Source: Atractiella rhizophila
Lineage: Eukaryota
Direction of reading: 5' to 3'
DNA length: 64,000 nt
Assembly: GCA_021432655.1 (NCBI GenBank)
Contig: MU271206.1
Location: 1 to 64,000 of the forward strand
The notes under the pieces were generated by a model. It did no database searches. It saw only the letters and a program-made list of their open reading frames with translations, and was not told where the DNA came from. A program made the translations under genes and the position numbers. Shown in pieces: positions 14,001 to 27,384 of this stretch (position 1 is its first letter; every line of letters begins with the position of its first letter).

Positions 14001-14528
14001 CACCGTTTGCTCCGCTTCAGCTGCAAATCCAGTTGGAAACTTCAAGTTATCTCACAACAACAACTTCGTGCGCTCACCAGCCGACAGGGTAGATCTCTAC
14101 ACCGATGGCACCTCGTCCACCGCGACAACTTACACCTTCAACTTTGTACCTGGAGGAGGAACCATCAAAGGTACGTCCTCTTTCGTTTCTTTTGTATCAT
14201 GGTTCAATACTAGCCTCCACAGCAACCTCAAACAATCAATTCGTTACTGCTGACCAAAGCGGCAACTTCCCTCTTGGAGCAGGTGCGTCACCCCTCCTTT
14301 TCGATGACCGTGTATCTCTGGGATAACAAAGCTTTGGAAACAGCTCGAGCGGTTGCTTCAGCTTGGGAAACGTTTATCGTCCGTCCGAAAACAGGAGCGG
14401 GCTCAAACGTGTATACAATCAAGGCTGGAAGCAACAAGAAATATGTTGTTGTCCAAGCTGACGGGTCTTTAAGAAATACGGGGGATACGGAGGCATCTGG
14501 AACTGGATTTTTGTTTACCGCAGCTTGA
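11043..14528 (+). CDS. Secreted GH81 endo-1,3(4)-beta-glucanase with C-terminal fascin-like (beta-trefoil) module
   Basis: Signal peptide MSLWSIALSLLPAANA. GH81 motifs after splicing: PPFPTSGDWW, YYNDHHFHYGYF, RDWFAGHSWASG and SRDQESVGEAVNGYYG (catalytic ExxxE). C-terminal FVTADQSG..ARAVASAWETF. Confidence 0.92.
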
Positions 14529-14828
14529 GAAGTAAGTTGAAGTTGATGGAGAGGGTTCAGAGGCAGAAAGGAAAATGTCGACTTAGGCGTGAAAAAGATG
14601 AGTTATGAAGAATTCGCCGCCGCGTCCAGTGTACCATCCATCATGGATCGTCTTTCTCCTTTCAGAACGAGGCTCCGTAATGTCACGCGCTAGAGTGAAT
14701 GAAAGAGCAAAAGAACGTGCAACGTTGAATTCCTTCAAAGGAACGACTAGTAAGCGAGGCTCTCAAGCCTGCCAAACATTGTATCATACAAGCCTTGGAC
14801 TTCGTCAAGCCTTTCAATTCAGATCCAC

Positions 14829-16103
14829 TTAATACATGAGATTTCCAACTGCGGAAACCGAGCCATCGTTGTTGTAGAGGCACGATCCAGATCCTACAAA
14901 GTCTTTATGCCGTCGATGATCAGCAGGAGTAGAGGAGGGAGCACAAGGACGTACTGATTGCGTCTCCTCCATTTTGAGCGAGGAGCGTGGGTGAGGTAGC
15001 AACGAAGGGGAAGTAGAGCTAATTCCCATCACAGTCAATGCCATCTCAAATTACAAAGGGAGATCGAGACGTACAGTGACCCAGCTTTGGGAGTCCAGCC
15101 ATGCAAAGGCTTGCTGGAAGAAAGCGATTCTATCCGCCAACACATCAGTCCTCTGTCTTTCTTATTTGAGACGGAAAATGCATACTGAGCCGCTTGTCCT
15201 CCGGATGGGTTCTGGAGCGCGAACTCGGAGATGACGATGGTATATTGAGGGAATTGGTTGTGGGCGTTGGTGACGTGGGCCTGGAACTCGGCGAAGGAGT
15301 TGCCGTACCAGTGCTACCCCATTCCAGACTACAATCAGATATACGTCTGGCGAGTTAAGGAAGTTTTGGAGACTGACAAGGTTGACGTAGTCGGCGTAGC
15401 AGCCTCCAGCGCAGGCATTCACCATCTGCTGGAGCCAGTCGAGTCCTTGTCCCGCCGAGGTGGAGGAAGTGATGGCTGGCAGAGCTTTCTTGATCGCTGC
15501 CCACGATACAATACACTCATGAGCCTTTTGTCTTATCACTGAAAGAATGGAGAGGACAGACCTAACGGATTGATATGCGTCTTGTACCAATTCGCGATAT
15601 CGGTCGGTGTGTAGCCGTTAAGGTCAGGCTCATTGATAGAGAATACAGCTGTATCATCCAACGTCATTCATCAATATCCAAAGAAAACTCGTCGGCGGAA
15701 AGAATAACGCACTGGCCCATCCCTGCTGTTGCTGTCTCGCCTGCAACTGGCTCAAAGGCGAGCTGTCGCAATCGTAGCATCCCTGCATACCGATGAAACC
15801 AAGACCTCCATTGCCGTTCGTCGACGGAGGAGCGTAGGTTTCCTATTCTCAGTCATCAAATTTAGCCCTCGTTGGAGGAGCAGAGAGAGGAAACGTACCC
15901 AGTCGTAGATGGCAACAACTTGGCCTTGGCCATTGTTGAGCTTGCCGGGGTCGAGGGATCCGTTGTCTATTCCTTTCTTATTAGCCTTTGCATCCATGAT
16001 GATCGAATGAGAGGAAGAACGAACACCAAGGCCAGGCTAAGCCCCTCTTTCCAGCCTGTACAGAAGCTGCCAACACAGCAGTCAAAAGGAGAGAAGTCTT
16101 CAT
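14829..16103 (-). CDS. Secreted GH128 (Glyco_hydro_cc / Asl1-like) beta-1,3-glucanase
   Basis: MKTSLLLTAVLAASVQAGKRGLAWPW (ATG 16103), YDWE, NEPDL, GLDWL, NLHWY, IVISEF, C-terminal LYNNDGSVSAVGNLMY*. Confidence 0.88.
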
Positions 16104-16909
16104 GTTTACAAGTTAGAGTGTTTGGAGGTGCTGGAGGAGGGAGATAGGGATTCGAGTTCTGGGAAGAGAGGGAGAGATAGGAAAATGACAAAAGGGAATG
16201 AAATGTAAATCTGACGATCCCCTCCCTTTATAGCTTCACATCATGACCATGTACACCTGTGCGTTCCACGTTCACTCCAGTTTCCACGGCTATCCAAGAA
16301 CAGCAAGAGACAGCGAGAGGGCTAGACGATAATAGTTGCTAGTGCCAGTGCGAGGCAAAGCAGTTCAAAGGTGCTACGCAGGAATCGGGTGCACCTTCAT
16401 TCGCGTCATCCCACCAGAACACGCCAATGAAACGCGTTGTCTCCAGTCACGTTGTGAGGACGGAGGACACTGCCTTCGCCTCTGTCTCCAGCGATTTCAG
16501 CTTTGCCACGCCATTCCCGCCTTCTGCACTCTGATGCCGTTTCTTCGCCTGTTCATCCCCATGTGCTCGTGCTCATGTGGATAATGCGCAGGATAATGCG
16601 ATAATCGATTGGGATTGGCAAGTGACTCATTTGAGGCAGGGGAAGACGGAATTTCTGAACGACGCATGAACATTACAACAGTTCGTTTTCGACATGATGA
16701 AAGACGACCAAGTAGAAAGTAGATAGTAGCAGTAAATCCATAGCCTCAGAACTTTTAAAGAAAAAGGGGACATGTCATTCCGTCGTTCCTACGCATCGAA
16801 ACCCGAACTCTACATCAATCGTTCCATCATCCCCGAGTAATCAATGCTCATCGCATGGCATGGATATCTCCCTCCCCATAGCCATCGCTACCACGCAAGG
16901 CTCAATCGA

Positions 16910-18409
16910 TTAAAGCAGTTTCCTGCTCTGCACCGCCTTCGCCAACTTCACCGTTGCACCAAGGAAAAAGGTAGCAGCAATAGAAAGAGTTCCAATAAGG
17001 ATCTGGAACGTCCTGAGGGATGCCATCTCGTCAACGGGAGCAGCGGTGAGCGAGAGCCTCTCGATAGCCTCTGAGAACGATCGACGCTTGTTGGTTGAGG
17101 TGGTGAAGACTCCTCCGTTTCCATCGGCGAAGATGGCTGAGACGTTTCCGATTGTGTCTGCTCCTTGGACTTGGAGGAGTTGGGGAACACCAGCAGCGTA
17201 GTCTTGCGGACCATTGATGTAGGAGCCTGTATTTCATGTACGCGTCAGCACTGTTTGTTTTAATTGTATTGGAGGCGAAGAACGAACCTGGTGTGAAGGT
17301 GGAAAGGTTGCCGGAGGTGACACGGGCGGTGTAGGCTGAGAAGGCAGCTTGCATGATTTGGAGCTTGGAGAGGGAAGAGATGTCGTAGTCCCGCGAGATA
17401 CCACAACGCTGGACACATCCCTCGAAACCGATGTTAAGAGCACCGGGGAAGGTGGCGGCTATCACATCACCCAACCCATCAGTCACTCATGTCTTTCAAA
17501 CCCAGAAAGGGGAGGAGACACACGATCGACGGGTTTCATTCCGATCGTGCCGAGGGAAGCAGAGATGGCCTCTTGGTCGAACCCGAAGAAGGCGAAGTGA
17601 GCGAGGTTGAATCCGGGATCTGCGTTGTCAAACATTGCCACTACGAAAGTGGGATCGCATCCGAGGACACCACCGTAGTGCATCGAACCCTTGGGCAACA
17701 TGACGGCTTGACCGGTTTGGAGAAACTCGTAGTCGACGGGTCCTCCGGCTTCGAAGTTGATACCGAATCGCATGGGTCCTCCGGCTGTTGCATTCCATTC
17801 GTAATTAGTGAGTTGTAATGGGATGGGAGGATTAAGACCCACTGGCAAGGTAGAGCCACTCGGTTCCTCGCGGGTGGACGTGAGGACCAATCATACCGCA
17901 TGGTGAGAGGACAAAGTCTGCATCGCAATTTTAATGAGAAAGGCGAGAGAAAAGAGGAGAAAAACGCACAAGCGACGGCCATTCCATTCTCTACTGCAGC
18001 GGGCCAGTTTCCTTGACCTGCGAGAGTGAAGAAACCACCTTGTCCAGGTGCTCCAAGAATGCTATCCCCGAGCATCTAGCATGAGCCCAATCGTCTTGAA
18101 AAAGCAATGGAAAACTATGGAAAAGATAGGGAAAAAAGTAGACATTGAAGGAGAGGAAAGGAAACGAGTTAAAACGTACGGAGAGTTGACGAAATCGAAA
18201 ACGTAACGTTTTCCACCTGCGAGCACGCTTTTCTCGAGGTCGACGGCAGTGGGGGCGTTGAGGAGCTCGTCAATGAGCTGAGAGGCAGCAGGGTTGACTC
18301 CGAGACCACTCTCTCCATCTGGCGGCTGGGAAGCACCAGGGATACCTTGACCGAGGGTTGAAGGTACAGCAGCTAGGAGTGCGAGGGTGGAAGCGTAGAA
18401 GGACCTCAT
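16910..18409 (-). CDS. Germin/spherulin-like cupin with signal peptide and C-terminal transmembrane helix
   Basis: Signal peptide MRSFYASTLALLAAVPSTLG. Germin box PCGMIGPHVHPRGTEW and motif 2 MLPKGSMHY. Last exon ends ..TFQILIGTLSIAATFFLGATVKLAKAVQSRKLL* (TAA 16910-16912). Confidence 0.85.
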
Positions 18410-19404
18410 TTTTTCGTTATATTAGAAAGAGCTTTTGGCGGGGGAGCGGATGGGATGTTGGATAAGGGATGGATGGTGGATGGATGATGGTCGAATCGAA
18501 GGAAGAGGTTGGAGGGAATTTTGGAATGGTTCGCCCTTTTGAAGGAATCGCAAGGTGGGCTGGGCTGGGCTGTGTGTCTTGGTGACACCGCCGGGCACTT
18601 TACGGCTCTGTTCAAAACATCGCACTCGTTCCACTTTATGCTTTTCTTGTGCAATGCAGCCGCTTTTCTTATTTCTTATTTCCACCTCCATATTCCCTCT
18701 GATATTCCCTCCATCCTCCATATAACCCTCACCCAATCCTACATAATCTCACCCATAATCTCCATCGGAAAATCACGACCACATGTGGATGCAGCAATTG
18801 GCCGTGAGAAGGTTTGACCGATCCCAATTCACTCATCTTGTCCGTCGCGGCCACAATTAAGCTTGGACTTGGCAGCAATTGGGAGCGATGCAAGTCCTTG
18901 GCTTTCCGGTGTTCCCGGTAGTCCTTCCAAAACTATCGGATAGTGATTGAGGGAGTAATCTTTCGTTCGATCACGAACCATCCACACCAAGCTGTTACAC
19001 TTGCAGACAACGTAGATAACAGAAAGGTATATAAAGTGAAGGAAGAACTGTAGATATAGGTGAGTTCAAGTCTCGTTCATTAATATAACGAATCCCCTAG
19101 AAGGACGCCAAACTACTTTCATTAACTACCCAATATCATGTTGTAACCTCCCCGATGACGACGAGCGATGTTGCCGTATAATTACTGGTGCGTACGATCA
19201 CGGCCTTAATATAGTAATCTCTTCTTGAGAGAGCGGAGAGAGGATGGGCTCCACCTTGCTTGCACACAAAGCGGATGGATGTCTCAACGTCCCTCAATTT
19301 CCGAAACCCAAATACTGACAGCATGCTCACGTCTCCTTCTAAAAGTGTATCCGAACGAAGGACCCGGAAAGCTTGTATCCTAATCATCAAGATAAGATAT
19401 TACG

Positions 19405-20561
19405 ATGGGGAAACTGAAGATCCTAATGCTCCATCCGTTCGTCCTTCCACACTCTCCTTCACAACGTTGAAATTGACACCGAATCGACAGATATCAGAGC
19501 AATGCTGCTGAGTTCAAGGCGGAAGCTCAACCCATTGTCGACGCCTGTGAAGATGTTGCGAGTTTTGGTATGTCCTCTTACCTGGTTCTAAGAATAGAGA
19601 TTATGTTGAGCCGAGGAACAGCATTTTTAGAAGGTCCGCATATGGTTGACGGGGAAGAGGGAAAGAAACACTGGGTTCGTCCGCTTGTTCATCAGTGTCA
19701 GTTTCATATTCGATGGACTACAATGTCATTCGTCGAGATGAGCCGACGAGATTCTCGAAGTCAAAAGTCTCGACTTCTTTCTTCACACCATGCAAAGGCG
19801 AATCAAGGCTGATTTTCTCCTTTCAATAATACAGGGACTGTGGGGTCCCAGCGTCCAGAAAGACTCTGGCTTCGACCCAACCGACATCCTCGCCACGGCA
19901 TCGACGATCTCAGAAGCATGGGCCGACCACGGACCCTTCGACGGGATTTGGGGGTGTTCACAAGGAGCCTGTCTGACAAGCATCCTCGTCTCCCTCCTCC
20001 TCCGTCCCGACCTAAAAGAACGTCTCCTCCCCACCCTCCTCCTGCAGCCTGACCCTTTCGCCACCTTCCGATTTGCCATCATCAATACTGGTCCGTCACC
20101 GAAGATGTTATCGTACTTTAAGGAGGTGGTAGAGAAGGATGGGGAGCAAGGTGGCTTCGACGTCGAGAATGTTGAGGGTGGGGGTGAGAAGAGGACAAAG
20201 ACGCTGTTCGTGTTTGCGAAGAACGATGAAGAGCTCCCTGTTGCGATGGCTGAGAAATTCATCGCGTTGGCAAGTGAAGAAGCGGAGGTGAAATGGAGCG
20301 AGGAAGGTCTGTTTCTCCTCCTTTTCCCCATTTTGGTCTTGATTGTTGTGCGATTAAACTGAGGAGAGTCGTGCGTAGGCCATAAGATCCCCGTGCAGGT
20401 GAGAATATTTCAGACGACATTCCTTTGTATTTGTGAGGAACAATATTGATATTTGTTTGTTTTGACGATAGGGAGAATGGCCTGCCTTCTTCAGAGAATG
20501 GATTTCGCAGTTCATAGAAGAAGAACCGGCGAAAGGAGACGACGCGGATTGGGGCTGTTAA
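19405..20561 (+). CDS. FSH1/OVCA2-family serine hydrolase
   Basis: MGKLKILMLHPYQSN start, FLEGPH, nucleophile elbow HGPFDGIWGCSQGA, probable Asp in AKND, His in the short exon GHKIPVQ (~20379-20398), stop TAA at 20559-20561. Confidence 0.8.
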
Positions 20562-21361
20562 ACCTTGGTTGAGGCAAGATTTTTAATTCATCTCCCTCTT
20601 TCGGGTTTGAGGAGGATGTGAGAAAAGATGTCTGCTGTTTCAATACAGAATAGGAAGGCATGTAGGTATATACCCGTTGGATGTGGTAAGGTATACCCCC
20701 GCTCTCCATGACAGTGTCGATCTGGTATCAACTTGTTGTAATGCTCAAGTCCCGTGTTTCCAATTCACTGTTTGCTTGAAATTAACTGTTTTCTATTCAT
20801 GCGATGTTCCCCATTCATTCTTCTGGATCTGAACTAAGGCTGAACCAGCGCGTAGTGACGTGAATACATCCCGCCCGGTTTTAAAGAGTAGAGCTTTTCC
20901 TCACTTACAATATATAGGTCAGTGCTATCTGAGTGGATATAGCCGTAGAAGGCTTGAAGTGATCAGGAACATTGGCAGGAAGATTATAACTCTGTATTAA
21001 ATAATTCTGGTGTGTGCTTCGATTTCTCGGCAGAACTTTTCTGTTATCGGACATCAAAAAGAAATCCCATACACCTTTGTAACGAGTAACGGGAGTCGAA
21101 TATGAGATTTCCTTGAAAGTAGTACGCGTATACGAGGCGTATCTCTTGTTTGATGCGCATCCTGTATTGAGGAATGGTTTCGAGAACTACTTTAAGCTAA
21201 AGGATTGACAAAAGTCTGGTTGAATTTCCACGAGCTAGGTAATTTTGTTTGTAACAATGATATTGTCGTCAGTTCCGCTTGACATTCTTTTTACGCCGCT
21301 TTGGCATTCTTGCGTTGTATAGTCACTCACATCAGATGCAGGTAGCTACCGAGTAGGAATC

Positions 21362-23019
21362 ATGGCGCCACAGCTGGTCCCCTGGATAACTTCTCAGGAA
21401 TTCCTTTCCGTCTATTCCGCGTTATTCTCGATTCCAGATGAAGCAGGGTCCATTGATCTCGTGCAATTGCGCGCTGGACTACACCGAGTTTGTTTTTTTC
21501 TCCACCTGTTATTCCTTCTCAGTGTTCAGCAATATCTTCTAGATAGAGGCCTGGTCGCTCCGCGGCACATGTCCACACCAAATTGAGAGCACCTCGCACT
21601 TACTTAACCTCCTTCATTTTGCACCATTACCTCTCAATACCCTCTCTCGACGGCTCGAGCTCAACGCCGCTCTCATCCGTTTCGTTAACGGTCTCGTGGA
21701 TCCACACCAGCAAGGGGCGTACGCGATGAGCATCAGCAAGATCGCAGACAGGATCGGGTTGCCCTCCCACTTTGTGGAATTGAGACACAGGGGGACGCAC
21801 GAAGAAGTGCCGGAGATTGAGGTGCTTGAATGGAGTGTCAGGGAAGCACTTGAATGGCTTAGAGTGAGGTACTGGGAGAAGATGAGGGCGAGATATGTTC
21901 CTGATTTGATGGAAGATGAGGGAGGCGCCAGGGAAGAAGCTCTCATGGTAGAAAATCTGTTAGGGATGGTGAAGGATTATAAGGAAAGAATGAAGGTGGT
22001 TTGCAGGGATAGGAGCCTGGAGAAGTCTCATGCGAGGGAACTGGAGAGACTGAAAGAAGGAATAAAAGAATGGGTAGGGAAGGAGGAAGAGAAGATAGTC
22101 ACTATATGTGGCTTATTGAGCGAAGTGGGATGTTTGATACCTATCTCGAAAGTGTATGTCTCCTCTGTTCTGCTTTGGCATCTCGCAGATCTCATTAGGA
22201 AACGAGCAAAATCCTTTGATCTCCCACCCGAATTGATGAATGTCTGGTCTCCCCTGCTCTTCCTTCTTAACGAAAATACAGATGGTCGTTTCATTCCCAG
22301 CTTAATAACATGCTTGACGGAAAAAATATTTTCTTCTTCGTTTAGAGGCCCGTATCTTTCCCCCTTCAGCCTTCACGTCCCAAGTTTAACCATTTGTATA
22401 GATGTGAGTAAATCAACCACACTCTCAGCATGGGTTGTCCACCTCCTTCTCTCCCCTTCATCCGAAGCATCAGGATCGGATATAAAGACCAATGCTCCGC
22501 CCATGCTACTAGAGACGATCCGATTCGCGCTGCTCTCGCGAACGTCGCAAGGACTCGACTTTCTGCATCGAGTGCTCTCCCTTCCTTCTATTGTTCAATT
22601 GTTGGATTCTACACTACAAGAGAGGGTGACTGCACTGATGCAAGCTGCAAGGTTGGGAGATGAGGAGATCGTCTGTTTCTCTTGTGCTTCGACGGGTAAA
22701 GATTGATTTCAAGAACAGGTGTTCGAAGTGTCAAATACGGAGGAAGAGAGGAGGCTGGCGGGTTTGGAGGACAGACTTGAGACGTTGAAGGAAGGGAACG
22801 GTCGAAGGCTTGAACTGGAGCATGAGGTGAGGATGGAGGGGGTAAGCTCTTCCCTGATTTTTAGACATTGTATAGATTTCTCACGTTGCCCAGATCGCGA
22901 CACAACAAGACCCGTCGGGATCCGATGTCGTTTCATGGCGGTTAGAGAGTGATCGAATTCCCATGGGCTTCTTCTCCTCTGAAAACGCACTCTCATACGT
23001 CCCACTCTCTGTTTCTTAA
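21362..23019 (+). CDS. LAS1: Las1 HEPN endoribonuclease (pre-rRNA ITS2 processing)
   Basis: MAPQLVPW.., IEAWSLRGTCPHQIEST, ALIRFVNGLVDPHQ and IGLPSHFVELRHRGTHEEVP (HEPN RxxxxH motif). Confidence 0.9.
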
Positions 23020-23082
23020 TCCTGATACTGCATCATAATAGAATATCATTGCCTCATTCTAATATCATAGCATACCTCTACA

Positions 23083-24336
23083 TCATGCCTTATAATCAGG
23101 TGGTAGACAGAGCTTCGGCTCATTAACAAACACTGGCTTCTCCTGGTCATCCCACAGCAACACGCCCCAAGGCGGATTACATAGTCGCTTCTTCTCGCCA
23201 GTATTTCTCTCCACTGTCTGAAAATCCTCTTCCGAGAGATCCACCACCTTTGCATTCTCAACGATCCTCTCGGGCGTCACGCTCTTCGGGAGGACCACAA
23301 TACCCCGCTTCAGGTTCCAAGACAAGAGAACCTGTGCTGGCGAGACATTATACTTCTTCGCAATGGAGACGACGGCTTCGTTGTCGCGGATTTGAGAGTT
23401 TGTGGAACCGAGGGGGGAGTAGGCAGAGACGACGATGCCCTTTGATTTACAGTAGGCGATCAAGTCGTTTTGAGGCAGGTACGGGTGCGCTTCTACTTGG
23501 TTCATGGCTGGAACTGTGACCCCTGGTTTCGCCAGCAACTTCTCGAGGGAACGTATCGAAACATTCGACACGCCGATGTTGCGAACTTTGGATTTGGGGA
23601 GCTTCTCCATTTCTGACCTACATCCATCAGGTCAGAAGGCAGAGAAAGAGAGACAGGAAGAGACGCTTTGAAACTCACCAAGTGTCTGTCCAGTCCTTGT
23701 CCCAAAATACGTCTCGATTCCCATCCGCATTCAGAGGAAACTTGGGGTTGTTGCCGTTCGGATTGGCGTAAATTGGCCAGTGCATGAGGTAGAGATCCTG
23801 CAGCCAATCGCGGTGGTTGAGGTGAGCTAGGAGATGTAGGATGAGAAGACGCACGATATAGTCTAACCCAAGGTTCTTCAAAGAGTTTTCGAGAGCTTCC
23901 GGGACGCGGTTGAACCATGTTGGCCATCTGTAGCATCATCGCAAGCGACTCAGGAAATCATAAGAACGAAAAGGAAGAAAGACTTACACCTTGGTAGTCA
24001 CGAAGATTTCCTCTCTCGGTACACCGCTAGCCTTGATTCCCCGTCCAACAGCCTCCTCATTATCATATGCCCATGCACACTGGCCCACGCAATCAGTCGA
24101 TCAATCCTGATCTGAGAGGCAAAGGGAAGAGAACGCACGTCAAGATGGCGATATCCGTTTTCCAGAGCGGTCTTTACCGCCAGTTCCACCTGTTCAGGAG
24201 GCGATTGCCAGGTACCTAGCCCGATAGCGGGGACTTTATCTCCAGTGTTGAGAGGGATATCAGGACTAGTGATTATGGTCAGCGGCAAACTCCAAATGAT
24301 CGGGAAGAGACGTGGGACTGACAAGACGTTGCTCAT
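23083..24336 (-). CDS. Aldo-keto reductase (Gcy1/Ypr1-like)
   Basis: [64 protein letters not shown]. Confidence 0.93.
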
Positions 24337-25492
24337 TTCGGTGAGATTTTGACAGGGTCGGATAAATTATCTTGTGTACCTAGTTGGTGAAGCAGGAGTT
24401 GATGGGATATCGATGGGAGGAGCTTGCTTTTATGCTCAAAAACTGGATCTTTGATTTCCCTGCCTCGAGTGGGCGGGGGACGGCCCGGTTAGCTGATCAA
24501 AAATGGCGTGGGGAGCCGGTCGGCGACTCCACATCCACCATAAGATGTAGATGAGATTAAACGAGCAGAGATGCGCTAGGGGATGTATGCGTGACCATTA
24601 AAATCTCGTGGTAGAGATTTCATGGGGAAGAATGAGCGCGAGAGGCAAGGTTGGCGTTGAGCTGAGAGACATGGCGGTCCGTCCTTTTTCGAGCTCGACA
24701 GCGCTCATATCATTGAAAGCTCACTTTTAGTGGGATTCACAGCACCTTCAGTAACTATCAGCAAGTAGTTATACCTCGTCACGTCAGCTCGAAACAGACA
24801 TATCAAAAACGCTGCGGTAAACTACGATGGCGCCAGTGTCCAACAGCACCAGCAATCCTCGACTCAGGACATTTCTCGAAAGTTTAGAGGTCGAATTTTT
24901 TATTTTCGATGTCATCGCCTCCGACAATCGCAAGAACACCTTTGAAACCTCTTTTCCGTTTCACCAGGTAACCAGAGTCCATGTAAATGTAGGAGTCTCG
25001 CGGAATATATTCGCCGGCTTTGAGGTGGGCATCGTCTCCCACTTCGACTTGAGGTAACTCGCTAACCACCGACGGAGTGGTCTGAAGCGAGCTCAGCTTG
25101 CGGGATTGCGTAATGAAAATACTTACAATGAAGCATGATGGTTGGAGTCGGTGAGTCGTTAGGTGAGTCTTATGTCCTTGTTGTCTCTGGTGCCGTGGGC
25201 CGTGTGGCTCATATCATACCAAACCGGGAGGAAGGACAAACAGCGAAGTTCAACGAATAACGTCCAAGCAACAGTTGATGAATTGATGAATGTGATCCAG
25301 CAATGTATGAGCAGCTCGTGTCCACAAACTCTACTTCACGTAACTATCCTGGCTTTTCGAACTCTTATAATAATGATGTCTGATGTCTGTTCTTACAAGT
25401 GTCCATGGGCTAAGATACAAAACATTGCCCTACTCAAGGAAAATAAGTATGAGGCTCCTGCTGAATGTAATCAGCGTCAAGGCTCACAAGAA

Positions 25493-27384
25493 CTAATTTT
25501 CTGCCTCCTCCGCTCGCTCTCCTTCCTCAACCTCCATCTGAGTAACAGGGACGTCACCTTCATGTTCCTCCTCCCCCTGGACGCCATCCGACTGTCCTTG
25601 TTCCTGTTGTTGAAGGGACGGGTCGATGTCGAACCATTCCTCTGCTCCCTGTCCCTCCTCCACTGGGACGTGCTGAAGAGGTATCGTAGGCTGGATTCCA
25701 TGAGCAGCTGATCGACCAACTGGTCCAATGCCATCCATATAGAGTCTCCGGACCATCCAACAATTCTCCACAAGTCCAGCACCGACGGACTCTCCCTCGC
25801 CTTCGCCCCTACTCCACCGCTGAAAGTTCCTCCACACCTCCCCACCCCTCTCCTCCCACTCCCTACTCGTCCTCTCCCCCACTCCTCCATCCCCAACCGG
25901 CGCTCTCTCGCTCCTCCCCCATTCCCAGAGCACAAACTCCCACACGTTCCGCGGCTCTGTCTGCATGTTCTCTCCCCCCTTAGGCCAGGGACCGTACAGC
26001 CTATCGTCCACGATGGCGACGAGACACATGGGCAAATGCTTCGCCAACACGATGCTGTCGCCGATGGAGAGCGGGGAGCTCTTTCGGAGGATGCGAGAGA
26101 GCAGTCGGGCGAGGTCTCTCGACCATGGGATGGGGAGCGAGGGAAGGGAAAGGTCGAGCGTGCGATCGGTGAGACGCTTGGAGACGAAGTAGGAGAGGAC
26201 GTATGGTGCTGGTTGGCCGTTTAGTGAGGCTGGAGCCGGTGCATTCCCTCCCTGCGTTGGGTGGGAGTGGATAGGCGTGCGCGTCCAGGATGAGGTTTTG
26301 ACAGGTTGACGGGTTACGAGGGCGGGTAAAGTGGAAATAGAAGGTGTGGGATAAGGACCTCGAGCTTGTTCGACCGCTTGAAAAGTGGCGAAATCCATCT
26401 CCGTCTCCTCTCCCATCCCTCCCTCCATCCCCATCCCCATCCCAACCGCACCCTGCATCTCTCCTCCACCACCTCCTCCCGCTCCACCCGGCATCGACGT
26501 AGCGGAGACAGACGGTGGGATGCCATCCGTGATAGGAGCCACCCTGACGACGACCATCCTGCCCCTCATCTTCAGCGGCGGGTCGAAGGCACACTCTTCG
26601 ACGAGGCCCTTGTGCACGCATTCGACGCACGGAGCAAAGAGACATTCGAGGGTGTTGCCCATGGGCAGACGGGCGGATATATGGGAACGAATGGCGCTCA
26701 ACGGCGCGGGCGGGAGGAGGTGTTCGCATTTCGTCTTCAGACGACGACACCGTGCTGAATTTCGCCGTTTGTTAGTCTCAGGATGTGCGGAGGGGACGGG
26801 AGGGACAGAAAGAGGAAACGTACTGCATGCTATCCGCGTCCGGTCTACCATCCCATCGGAAATCATGAGCTGGACTTCCCGAACCTTCAAAAGGTCCAAC
26901 CACTCCTTCCCTATCCCCTTCTTCCTCTTAATCGTCGGCGGCAGTCCGCCCCCCGCACTCGATGTTCCTCCACCACCTGCTCCAGTACCAGCAGGCAACA
27001 CGCCTCCAAAAGGCACCGTCCTCTCATTCGCACCACCATCGGCTGTCAACGTCTGATTCGACTTCGGAAGGTCCGGGAACCTGGCGTAGGTGACACGGAC
27101 GAGGGTGGAGCCGACGATGAGGGTGTCGTCGTCGGAGACGGAGGGAGGAGGAGCGTTGGGGTCGGACGAGAGCGAGAAGAGGTAGGAGGCCGTGGTTGGG
27201 TAGGGATCGGACCGGTTTATGAGCGGTTGCACGTACGTGGCGGAGGTCGGAGGGTGGGCATTGGTTGGGTAGACGGGTGTGTTGGCTGCTGCTGCCGCAT
27301 GGGTGTATGAAGATGGTTGGGCGGCGGCTTGGGAGTAGATCCGTTTGGAAGCGTCGGAGGTGGAGGGAGAGATGGAGCGTTTCT
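25493..27384 (-). CDS. Zn(II)2Cys6-like transcription factor with atypically long Cys3-Cys4 spacer; start codon unresolved
   Basis: Removing the in-frame GTACGT..CTAAC..CAG intron (~26755-26823) gives RTRIACTRCRRLKTKC-x32-CVECVHKGLVEEC. The frame stays open to ~27389 without an ATG. Confidence 0.65.

Noticed and set aside
24827..25200. Short overlapping ORFs on both strands with splice-like signals between the AKR and Zn2Cys6 genes
   Set aside because: Could not assemble a consistent ATG-to-stop model, and no family motif is recognisable.
26150..26205. Possible AT-AC intron in the Zn2Cys6 gene
   Set aside because: The frame is open and protein-like through the segment, and there is no U12-type ATATCC donor consensus.
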